Origin: Candidatus Multivoradales bacterium
Lineage (GTDB): Bacteria > Acidobacteriota > Thermoanaerobaculia > Multivoradales > J023
Direction: 5' to 3'
NCBI GenBank assembly: GCA_965248925.1
Contig: CBDFLE010000006.1
Location: forward strand, 3,840,001 to 3,904,000
DNA: 64,000 bases
This document shows, in pieces, positions 27,187-36,600 of the stretch; position 1 is the first letter of the stretch; each line of letters starts with the position of its first letter. The translations under genes were made by a program, and so were the position numbers. The notes under the pieces are model-generated. The model was not told the origin of the DNA and searched no databases. It saw nothing but the letters and a program-made list of their open reading frames with translations.

Positions 27187-29760
27187 GTGTCAGCGTTCCA
27201 CAGTAGCAACCTCGATGCGCTCGAATCCACCTTGATTCGCGATCTCGCCCGTGTCCAATGGGAAGGCGTCGACGCCCTGCCAAAGTCCCTCGCGCGCCTA
27301 GCGGAAAGGTTGACAACTCTTCTGGAAGTTGCGGGCTCTGCCGTAGTCGCGTTCAACGACCAGACAGAGCTGCTCGCCGTCGCATCGAACGGCATGGATA
27401 TTACTCTCGATGACGAGAGGTTGAATGCCTTGCCAGTAAGACTGAGCAGTACTGATATGTGCTTTCTTACAGCGGTTGCTGCTGGCACTGATCGCGGCAT
27501 TCTGCTGGGGTTTGCTGCCCGACACAAGGGTACTCTCGCTGGCGCTATTCTGCTGCATGGCAGAGGACGTGGGCGGATCGAGACTCTCGCCAAGACAGTT
27601 ACCACGGCCGCTCCTTGGGTAGCCGAGACGGTTCAGGCCGCCAAGAAAACTGAAGCAGCGACCAAGGTCCAACAGCTCCAAGATCTCGCGCTGCGCGGCC
27701 TCGGTGCTGACCAACCCGATCTGGCGTTGATCGTCAGTTGTCTCGCCACGCTGTTCTCGGCTACTTCCTGCACATTGCTGCTCGAAGAGCCAGCCAATGC
27801 TACGCTGCGGCTGAGTGCCAGCACTGACTCCCGTCTTGGCCGGGGTGAGAACGGCAGAGGGCCGGTTGAGTATCAGCGAGGAGAAGGTCTTACTGGGTGG
27901 GTTTTTGATCGCGGTAGAGCCCTGCGTTTGGTGCGGGCTGGTGACGCTGGTGCGGTACTGAAAGCTACAGGGCTCAGGCGCGCGGGGCCACGGTTTGCAG
28001 AAAATGATGGAGATGGCGTGGAGGATACACAGTTTCTCGCCGTGCCAGTGCGTACTGCTGGAGAAACCTTCGGTGTCTTGCGGATGACCAGACCCTTTGC
28101 AGCCTCTCGTTTTTCGGGTGACGACGAGTCAGCACTCCAACATTTTGCTGGCATTCTGGGTATTGCACTCGAACCTAAGTGGAAGTTGCTTGTTGGGCAG
28201 ACCATCGAGGATTCGGAGGCAATTGCAATTGCCGTTACCCATCGCGAAAGACAAGAAGACGGTTCCTTTATTCCGCGACTCATCTTGTTTAACCCCGGGG
28301 CTGAGCGCATGCTTGGTTACAAAGACGGAGCAGCCTTGCGGCTGAACGCAGAAAATCTGTACGCGCCAGATGCGTATGGGCCAGTTCAGGACGCACTTGA
28401 AGCCAAACTTGCACAGGCCGAGGAGGCTGGGCATGCCGAATATGGGCCTGTTGATTCGGAGTTGCTCCACCGGAACGGATCTGTTCGCTCAGTCAAGATG
28501 TCCTACCGAATCTTTGCCGACCATCGGTTCCAACCGACAGAGATCTATACCATTGGCATTTTCCGTGATCGAACGGATAGCGCACGGCGCGAGGCGCAAC
28601 ACCGCCGTTTACTCGAGCTGCTTCGCGGTATGGGAATTGCTTACTTCCATGCCCGAATCGACGGTCGAACCCTGGAGACGTCTGCCGCTGAGGCGGATAT
28701 TCTTGGTTATTCTGAAGCCGACTTGCTGAGACTGGATCGTTCAGAGTTCTATGAGGATCCGCAAGATCGGATTAATCTGATGATGCGTGCTCAGACCGTG
28801 GATTCAGGCGAGTTGGTGCCGGTGCGCCAGCCATTGCGCCGCCAGGGTGGTGAGTTCATCAATACGACTGGCTATGTGCGTACCGTTCAAGAGACCCTCG
28901 ACCAACATGGTCAGGCGACGGTTGAGGGGCTTTACCGCGACGTCACACGGAGGCTTGAGATTCAGGGGTTTGTCGATGCGTCGAGAGAGCGGGTCGTGTC
29001 CGACGACGAGCTTTTTGCAAAGCTCAAAGAGCGCGATCAACATCAGCACGATTATCTGTCGGGCCTCGGGCACCAGCTCCTTACGCCGCTTGCTTCACTG
29101 GTTGGAAACCTTGATGATCTGCATTCCGGACTACTCCGAGACGCAGCCGAGATTGACGACAGTTTAGAATGGATTATTGGTCAGGCCAAGCAGTGCATGC
29201 GGATGGTGCGAAACCTGTCCTACATGGATAAGATTCTGCGTCAGGAAACGTTCCCTATGGGGAGGGTCTCCATGGCCAAGGTTTGCATTGCCACTCGCAA
29301 CGACTTCTTGCATCTTCTTGAGGAGAAGTGCTTGCGTCTGGATGTTGATGATCGAAGCTTACGGAAACACTTGACTGTTCGCGGGCACGAAGACCTCTTG
29401 CGGCAAGTTGTAGTCAATTTGGTAGACAACGCAATCAAGTATTCTCCCAAAGGATCCACGGTCGCGATCTATGGCTCGACAGTGTCGCAGGGCCAGGTGC
29501 TCCAGGTCAGCAACGAAGGGTTACCGATTCCTGCTGAGCTGCGAGCTAAGGTTTTTGAGCGCGGTTTCCGCACTGACCGTGCAAAGACTTGGGTCCCGCA
29601 CGGTACTGGCCTCGGCCTCTGGCTAGTGCGATTGATTCTCGAGGCCCACGCCGCCACCGCCTCCTGCGACGAGATCGAAGAGAACGGCCGACGTCGAACT
29701 TGTTTCAAATTGGTGTTTCCTAGCCCTGAGCGCAGCGCGATAGGAGGACATGATGAGTGA
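27187..29760 (+). CDS. cytoplasmic GAF-PAS-PAS histidine kinase
   Basis: GAF (GEGLTGWVF...FLAVPV...GVLRM), PAS (FNPGAERMLGY; ADILGYSEADL), H-box GHQLLTPL, NLVDNAIKYS, VFERGFR, GTGLGL. No TM segment. Confidence 0.9.
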   Translation: MSAFHSSNLDALESTLIRDLARVQWEGVDALPKSLARLAERLTTLLEVAGSAVVAFNDQTELLAVASNGMDITLDDERLNALPVRLSSTDMCFLTAVAAGTDRGILLGFAARHKGTLAGAILLHGRGRGRIETLAKTVTTAAPWVAETVQAAKKTEAATKVQQLQDLALRGLGADQPDLALIVSCLATLFSATSCTLLLEEPANATLRLSASTDSRLGRGENGRGPVEYQRGEGLTGWVFDRGRALRLVRAGDAGAVLKATGLRRAGPRFAENDGDGVEDTQFLAVPVRTAGETFGVLRMTRPFAASRFSGDDESALQHFAGILGIALEPKWKLLVGQTIEDSEAIAIAVTHRERQEDGSFIPRLILFNPGAERMLGYKDGAALRLNAENLYAPDAYGPVQDALEAKLAQAEEAGHAEYGPVDSELLHRNGSVRSVKMSYRIFADHRFQPTEIYTIGIFRDRTDSARREAQHRRLLELLRGMGIAYFHARIDGRTLETSAAEADILGYSEADLLRLDRSEFYEDPQDRINLMMRAQTVDSGELVPVRQPLRRQGGEFINTTGYVRTVQETLDQHGQATVEGLYRDVTRRLEIQGFVDASRERVVSDDELFAKLKERDQHQHDYLSGLGHQLLTPLASLVGNLDDLHSGLLRDAAEIDDSLEWIIGQAKQCMRMVRNLSYMDKILRQETFPMGRVSMAKVCIATRNDFLHLLEEKCLRLDVDDRSLRKHLTVRGHEDLLRQVVVNLVDNAIKYSPKGSTVAIYGSTVSQGQVLQVSNEGLPIPAELRAKVFERGFRTDRAKTWVPHGTGLGLWLVRLILEAHAATASCDEIEENGRRRTCFKLVFPSPERSAIGGHDE

Positions 29761-30253
29761 ACGCAGGAAGGTCTTTATCGTCGATGACCAGGCCGGTGAG
29801 ATCAGGTCGCTGATTCGCCGCATCAAGAACCGAGGGTACGACTTGATGTTGGCGACCAACGAGCGTGAGGCCGAGCGAATGTTGCAGGAAGTCGCCGACC
29901 ACCCAAGCTCTTTTGTTGCGGCTATCTTCGATGTCATGGTGGCTACAGTAGATTTCGCCACGCTACTGGAGATGGATGACAGTGTCGACTTGGAGAGCAA
30001 GGTACTCGAGCCATCCGTCGATACCGGTCTTCGGCTTTGTCGTTATGCGCGCGAGAGGCTGCGGATCGCTGAGGCTGATCTACCGATCGCAGCTCTATCG
30101 GTCCGTACCGACGATGAGCTACGGGAGGCCCTCGGTCAACTCGGAGTCCCTCTCTACGATCGCACACAGATCGATGCTGAAGACGAGCGATCAATTATGC
30201 GGTTTGTAGAACAACACTTGCCACGGCGTGATGAAGAGTTCAGCTCGACTTAG
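29750..30253 (+). CDS. stand-alone response regulator receiver protein, atypical
   Basis: VFIVDDQ, AAIFDVMV, GLRLC, PIAALSV; GGAGG RBS; overlaps the kinase stop. Confidence 0.75.
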   Translation: MMSERRKVFIVDDQAGEIRSLIRRIKNRGYDLMLATNEREAERMLQEVADHPSSFVAAIFDVMVATVDFATLLEMDDSVDLESKVLEPSVDTGLRLCRYARERLRIAEADLPIAALSVRTDDELREALGQLGVPLYDRTQIDAEDERSIMRFVEQHLPRRDEEFSST

Positions 30254-30497
30254 GTTTGGAAGGGTCGATTTTTCTGTTTTCTAACTCTGTGACTGCTTCT
30301 GGTGATTCTGTTAGCGGCCGCCTTGGCACTGCCTGGAGATCTCGCTGGCTACCGCCGAGAGCCGCCAGTCGGCGAGCACTCTCTCTCGCGACGAGAGCCT
30401 CTAAGCCCGCTCGAACCAGCGCTGTCTTGCCACTTAGACCGGTCAGCAGCTGTGCCTCCCGAAGCAGCCTGTCGTCAATGTTGAGTGTCGTTCTCAT
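30240..30497 (-). CDS. orphan VapB-family antitoxin
   Basis: MRTTLNIDDRLLREAQLLTG...KTALVRAGLEALVARESARRLAALGGS; upstream inverted repeat GAGTATG...CATACTC; no vapC downstream. Confidence 0.75.
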   Translation of the reverse strand: MRTTLNIDDRLLREAQLLTGLSGKTALVRAGLEALVARESARRLAALGGSQRDLQAVPRRPLTESPEAVTELENRKIDPSKPKSS

Positions 30498-30569
30498 GCA
30501 TATGAGTATGGTTCTAGAAGGCATACTCGTCAATAGGAGTTGAGGACTGGCTCCTTCGCTCGCCCTCAC

Positions 30570-32003
30570 TCAGAACTGAAAGTAAATGAAGCTGGTCTGC
30601 CCCCGCAGATAGACCAGACACAGCGCCAGCAGCAGGCCGAGACCCACGCCCTCAGCCGCCGCCATCCAGCCGGGTCGTCGGGCCGTTGCCGGGGTCAGCA
30701 GGCGCTGGCCGGCACGGCTGAGTCCAGGCATCGCCCATACCGCGACGGTGAGCAGGGCGGTGTGCAGGTAGAAGGTACCGGAGAGGGCGCGACTGCGGGA
30801 AATCCATGGGGTCAGGGCGCGGCTGATCAACTCGCCGGCTTGGCTCAGGTCGCTGGAGCGAAAGAGTAGCCAACCGAGGCTGACCAGAGCGAAGGTCAGT
30901 AGCACTGATGCCCCCCGCCGCCAGCGATTGCTTTGGCTGGCGGTGCCAGTTGCAGCGGGTCGGCGCGCTCGTAGCAGGTGGTACCCGGCGATCAGAAGGC
31001 CGTGGTAGAGGCCCCAGAGGACGAAGGTCCAGCCGGCACCGTGCCACAGGCCGCACAAGGTCATGGCGAGGATCGCAGCGCGGCAGAGGCCGGCCAGACC
31101 GGGGCGACGGCTGGCTAGGGGGAAGAAGAGGTAGTCGCGAATCCAGCGCGATAGGGAGATATGCCAGCGAGCCCAGAAGTCGACCGGCGAAGTCGCCGAG
31201 TAGGGGAAGTTGAAATTGTCGACCAGGCGCAGACCGCAGATCCGTGCCGAGCCGATGGCGATGCGGCTGTAGGCCGAGAAGTCGAAGTAGATCTGCAAAC
31301 CGAAAGCCGCCGCCATGATCCAGACATCGAAGCCTGACAACGCCGCGGGCGAACGGGCGAAGGCACGGTCGATGTGCGGCGCTAAGCCGTCGGCGAGGAC
31401 GATCTTGACCGCCAAGCCGGTGATCACCAGGCGGAGCCCACCGAGTACGTCCTCGGCGCTAGTGCGCCAGTCTTCGCCGAGCTGCGGTAGGAACTCCTTG
31501 GCGCGCATGATCGGGCCGGCGATGAGTTGGGGGAAGTAGGTGATGTAGAGCTGCAAATCCCAGAACGAGTGCAGCTGCTCGCGCTTGCGCATCAGGTCGA
31601 TGACGTAGCTGATTGCTTGAAATAGATAGAAGGAGATGCCCAGCGGCAGCACCAGATTGGCCGCTGGCAGCTGGCTGAATACACCGAACAATGCCAGGCC
31701 GTCGTTGGCGGAGGCGATCAGCCAGTCGAGGTATTTGAAGATCGCCAGCAGCAGCAGGTTGGCGGCCAGTAGCAGCCGTCCTCGCGGCCGTCGATCGGCT
31801 GCCGCTACCATCCACCGAGCGCCGAAATGGTTGAGGGTCACGGCGCCGAAAAGCAGCGCCAAGTAGGGCCAATGCCACGAGGCGTAGAAGACGTAGCTGG
31901 CGCCGAGCAGCCAGCCCTTACGCCAGCGGCGGCCGGGCAGGGCCGCGAAGATCACGCAGACCAGGGCCAGGAACAACCAGTAGGTGAGGCTGTTGAACCT
32001 CAA
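30570..32003 (-). CDS. MBOAT O-acyltransferase (AlgI/DltB family)
   Basis: LPLGISFYLFQAISY, FPQLIAGPI, QIYFDFSAYS, FWARWHISLSRW, GLWHGAGWTF, FIYFQF. Confidence 0.95.
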   Translation of the reverse strand: MRFNSLTYWLFLALVCVIFAALPGRRWRKGWLLGASYVFYASWHWPYLALLFGAVTLNHFGARWMVAAADRRPRGRLLLAANLLLLAIFKYLDWLIASANDGLALFGVFSQLPAANLVLPLGISFYLFQAISYVIDLMRKREQLHSFWDLQLYITYFPQLIAGPIMRAKEFLPQLGEDWRTSAEDVLGGLRLVITGLAVKIVLADGLAPHIDRAFARSPAALSGFDVWIMAAAFGLQIYFDFSAYSRIAIGSARICGLRLVDNFNFPYSATSPVDFWARWHISLSRWIRDYLFFPLASRRPGLAGLCRAAILAMTLCGLWHGAGWTFVLWGLYHGLLIAGYHLLRARRPAATGTASQSNRWRRGASVLLTFALVSLGWLLFRSSDLSQAGELISRALTPWISRSRALSGTFYLHTALLTVAVWAMPGLSRAGQRLLTPATARRPGWMAAAEGVGLGLLLALCLVYLRGQTSFIYFQF

Positions 32004-33184
32004 GGCGCCGCCACCTCTGGGGCCTCATCCAGCTCGCCCTCCGAGCTTTCGAGAGCTTGCCAGATGCCGAGCCGCTGTCCTTTGCCAACCAGAAAATCGG
32101 CCAGCAGGCGGTGTCCGGGCTCGGTGAAGTGTGATCGGTCCGGGGTGTTGTAGACCCATCCCCAATATTTGTTGGGCACCGTGTGGCGTCCATCGACCAG
32201 CGGGGTGTCGAGTTTGGCGAACTCGTCTTGGAGGGAATCCATTAGCGGCTGTTGTCGAGCTGGATCGATCAATGGTGGGAAATCGTCGCGCTCGGGCGCC
32301 TGATAGACCAGTACTCGACTGCCGCTCTCGGTGAGCATTCTGAGCAGTGCCCGCAAGCTGGCTAGGTTGTGGTGCAGATCGCGGTCGACGACGCCATAGA
32401 CGTAGTCGATGCCTTCTTTGCGCACCAGCAGGTCGTCGATGGTCAGCGCGACCTTGCGGTAGACCGCCGCCCTCAGCTCGTTGCTGCGGCCGAGCAGCTG
32501 TAGCCGCTGGCCGGCCCAGCTGCTCAACAGGCGGTCGAAGCGGTCGGCGGCGCTGCGTTGGCGTTCTAGGGCGAGCTCGCTGACGGCTCGCCGCTGCTCG
32601 CTGGCCAGGGTCTCGAAGACTTCTGGAGCGTTGCCGGCTAGATCGGCCTTCGAGCCCAACCGCTGACCGAGGGATTCGCCAAACCCAGGGTCGCGGAAGA
32701 GCTGGCGGATCTGCCGTCGAGTCTCCGAGCCACGGGCCAGGTTGCGAAAAGTCAGCCCGAGTACCACGACGGTCGGTCGTAAACCCTGCCGTTGCAGCTG
32801 GGCGACGCGGGTGAGCATCTCGAAGCTGAGGAAGTTGGGATACGCCAGGCGGTAAAAGTGGGTCTGCGGGTAGCTCTCGCCAAGCCTCGCCGCCAGCTCG
32901 TCGATCAACGTCGCGCCAGGATCCGGGCGCAGGGGCCGGCCGCGCTCCAAGCCGGGCAGGGCATAGGCGTGGGAGTTGCCGATCAGCAGCACGCTGGGGC
33001 CGCTATTCCAGCGCTTGGGCAGGTCCGTCGGGTCTTTCGCCAGGGCGGTTACGTTGCTGGCTCGGTGCCAGTCGGACGATGGCCCGGGGCCGTCTTGGGA
33101 AATGCGATGCGCTAGCCACTCGGTGGCGGCCAAGGTCGCCAGACAGACCAGGGCGGTGAGCAGGAGGTGGGAGCGGTCTGCCAT
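32000..33184 (-). CDS. SGNH-like (AlgJ/DltD-type) periplasmic partner of MBOAT
   Basis: N-terminal anchor, LLIGNSH, C-terminal DRSHFTEPGH; overlaps the MBOAT start. Confidence 0.7.
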   Translation of the reverse strand: MADRSHLLLTALVCLATLAATEWLAHRISQDGPGPSSDWHRASNVTALAKDPTDLPKRWNSGPSVLLIGNSHAYALPGLERGRPLRPDPGATLIDELAARLGESYPQTHFYRLAYPNFLSFEMLTRVAQLQRQGLRPTVVVLGLTFRNLARGSETRRQIRQLFRDPGFGESLGQRLGSKADLAGNAPEVFETLASEQRRAVSELALERQRSAADRFDRLLSSWAGQRLQLLGRSNELRAAVYRKVALTIDDLLVRKEGIDYVYGVVDRDLHHNLASLRALLRMLTESGSRVLVYQAPERDDFPPLIDPARQQPLMDSLQDEFAKLDTPLVDGRHTVPNKYWGWVYNTPDRSHFTEPGHRLLADFLVGKGQRLGIWQALESSEGELDEAPEVAAP

Positions 33185-33456
33185 CGCTCAGCGTCCGCCG
33201 AAGGCTTGGCGCAGCCTGAAGAGACGTTGGGACGCCAAGCTGCGTTTGAACTCGGGCCTTGCGCGCTGGTCTAGCATGGTCAGAAGCTACCGCATTCAGT
33301 GCCCTCCTGGCGAGCTTGCAGAGATCCACGAGCAGTGGATGGGTCGCTGGCCATCGGTGTGGAGATGTCGATGGAGGCAGCCTCTCTACCCACGTCCAGG
33401 TTAGTCGTGGAGGCTAGAGATTTCTCTCGTCCAGCATTTGAGCTAAAGAAACTTAG

Positions 33457-33499
33457 GGAAAACGGTTCATTTCTAGAGGCGTAGAATGAACCGTTTTCC
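33457..33499. promoter_or_regulatory. 15-bp perfect inverted repeat in a divergent intergenic region
   Basis: GGAAAACGGTTCATT-N13-AATGAACCGTTTTCC. Confidence 0.6.
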
Positions 33500-33630
33500 A
33501 GATCGTTGTATGTCGAGTAGGGTTACCTGTAGTGTTGAAATGCACAGGACCTGGCAGCGGTTCAACACGCAGACGAGCCCACATTGGCAGCAACTCGAAC
33601 TTCACACCTGCTAGACGAGAGGAACCTGGA

Positions 33631-36600
33631 ATGTTTTGGCCGAAGAAACTAAGAAGTGCATATATCCTTATCGCAATATTGTTCTCTGTACTCACCTTCA
33701 CTTCAGCGAATGCACTGCCGGTTGACATCCAACTGTTCAAGCCTGCGAATTCAACGGTTGCGGAGTGGCCGGTCAGCTTCGGAGTGCCATTTCGCAAAGG
33801 GCAAGCTTGGGAAGGCGGGCTAGTCGTTGTCGATGCGCAGAGCGTGGTCCAACCCTCTCAAGTCAAGGCCATGGCTACCTGGGACGACGGCAGCTTGCGT
33901 TGGGCATTGATTGATTTCAAACCCGATCTGATGCAGCAATACCAAATCGTTGCAGGGACACCAGCGAACCACAGCGACGATATTCAGCTGCCCAAGTCCT
34001 GCCCCGGTAGCCGCGGGAAGGGGACTAGCGGTGTAATTGCGATCGATACCACCGCGGCATGTTTCGAGATCGATGCCGACGCGGGGTTTCTCAGTCGAAT
34101 CTGGCTACGCGACACTGGCGGAAGCTTGATATCGGTGATCGATGCCGGCAGCGATGCGTTATACGTCGAACAGGTCGCCGGCCAGCGAGCCCTTTTTGAA
34201 CCATCGACGGCAACTTCTACAGTAATCGAACTCGACGGTCCACGGCATTTGGTAGTGAGAGTCGAGGGCGAGTACCGCTTCAACTCCGCCACCGTCGCCG
34301 CTGGCGTCGTCTACTACCATTTCTACGCCGGCCAGGCAGCGTTTCGCGTTAGCCACAAGCTGATCGTGACCGACGATCTCCCGGGCCCTTATCTGCTGGA
34401 GGCTGGACTCGAGCTGTCCCGGCCGGCAGCCGTGCCCGCGACCTTGGTGACTTTCAATAGCGACCACGACGATACCTCGGTGACCGCCGGCTTCAGCCTG
34501 AGCCCGACGGACCAGCTAGTGATGGTGCAGGATGCCTTTCCCTACTTCGAGAGTCTCGACAGCACCTTCGCAATCCGTAACCTGGCCACGGTCAATCCGC
34601 CGCTGCTCTCGGGCACCGCGGCTGGCGATTGGGCGGATCTCTCCGGCCCTAACTTCGGCATCGCGGCCCAGCTACCCGCCTTCGCGGAGCAGTTTCCAAA
34701 ATCTTTTGTTGCCGACCCCGGCTCGTTGTCGGTCAAGTTCTGGGCGCCGGAGCGTAGCACTGCCGCTCTGCCGGCCAGGCAGATGGATTTCAACGTCAGT
34801 CCATTCATGGACGAGTACTTCCCGGCTGCCAGCCTGCCGCCCGAATCGTGGATTCTAGGCGATTCGCCAGCACGCACCAATCTGGTTGTTGGTACTGGCA
34901 GCGCGCGCACACACGAGCTCTGGATCTACCCCCATCTCGGGCCGCTGACCAACGGGTTAGTCAGTGGATTCGGCGGCAAGGAGGATGAGATCTTTGCTCT
35001 GCCCGATCCGCAGTGGATTTCTTCCACCGGGGCGATGGGTGTTTGGAAAGCAGAAGGGCCGGAGTTCGCGGAGGTCGAGCAGGCCCTGGACGACTATCTG
35101 GACCGAGCGGCGTTCGCCAAAGACAAAGTGTTTCCCGCCGCCGGCTACTTCTACTATGGGATGTATCCGTTTTCTGCCCAGCTTTGGTCGACCGGAAATC
35201 TGGTGATGCCGGCCCGCTGGTCGCCACAGGCCAACCGGCTGGCACGTGGTCTTGAGTACAATTTTCGTCGTGCGCTTTGGACTTTGGTGGCGCGGGGAGG
35301 CGAAGCGCGTTATTTCCATTTGGCGCGCCAGATGACCCGTCACTTTAGAGATTTCCTGTTCTCAAGCTGGCAAATCGCCTGTAAGCCGAAGGGCTGGATG
35401 ATACTTGGCGGAGTCAACACAGTATTCGCGACACCGGTGTTATGGGGACAGTTCAGCAATCAGGCTACCGCCTCAAACTGTGCCAATGTGCCAGCCAACT
35501 TCAATCACGATACCGGTGTTGCTCTGGTTTATGAGAGCAGCGGTGACATTATCCAGTTCGTCTACGACTACTTTCTGACCGGCGATTTCCACTCTCGTGA
35601 CATGGCAACAGAGTGGCGCGACGCGATGATCGCCGAGATGACGGTCGGTGGGCAGCTTGACGTCGACAAGGCGATGTTGTTCAACCCAGAGACGGAGTTT
35701 CTGCGGCCTTTGTCAGCAGCCTACGAGCTGGACCACGATCTGGCGCTGTGGCAATACGGTCACGAGGTTCTCGGCCGAATGCCAGCGCCTTTTCCGCTGC
35801 CTGAGCAGCTGCACGGCAATTGGGTTTATGGCATCAAGACCACCCAACTCACCGGGCAGCTGGCGACACGCCTGTTTCGTGTCGCGCCAGATGGCGGGGT
35901 GGTCGAAGACCTCGGCGCGTTACTGGTAGCCGGCGTTGGGGCGAGATTTGACGGCCTGGCGATCTCTCACCAAGGGAAACTTTACGCCTTCGAAGTCAAT
36001 GGAAATCCTCAGCCACCGGTGCAGGGTGGCGTCGGTTCGCGCCTGGTGACGTTTGAGTTGTCGGCCGCGCCACCGGCGAATATCGAGGTTTCGATGGACC
36101 TGTCATTCTTCGCGGGGCAAGTGGTGGGAGCAGCTTTCGACACAGCGGGCCACCTGTGGGCGCTGGATCTAAACAGTCACTTGTTCCAGGTCGATCTGGC
36201 GACGGGTGCCAAGGTCGTTGGCAGCACCCGTGCTATTGCGGTGCAGAGCGTAGGCATCGCTTTCCCGACCGCGCTCAGTGCCGCCATGGACGGGTCTCTC
36301 TATGGCCTGTGGCAGGAGCGCCGACCCTCGATGATCTACGACTATCTGTTTCAGATTGATCCGGGAGAGGGCTACCAGGAGATCTTCAGAGAACAGTGGA
36401 AGACTTCTACTAGTGCTGGACCCGATGGGATTTACGGCCTCGCATTTCTTCGCGGTGCCGACTCGCCGGATCATCTCTTTGCCCTGCGTTGCGGCCCGGT
36501 GGACGAGCTGGTGAGGTTTGATCTCGATGCTGTGGATCCGGTGAGCGGACAGGTGTCTTTGGTCGGTGGCTTGTTGCCTGCCAGCGATTGTGACGCTGGA

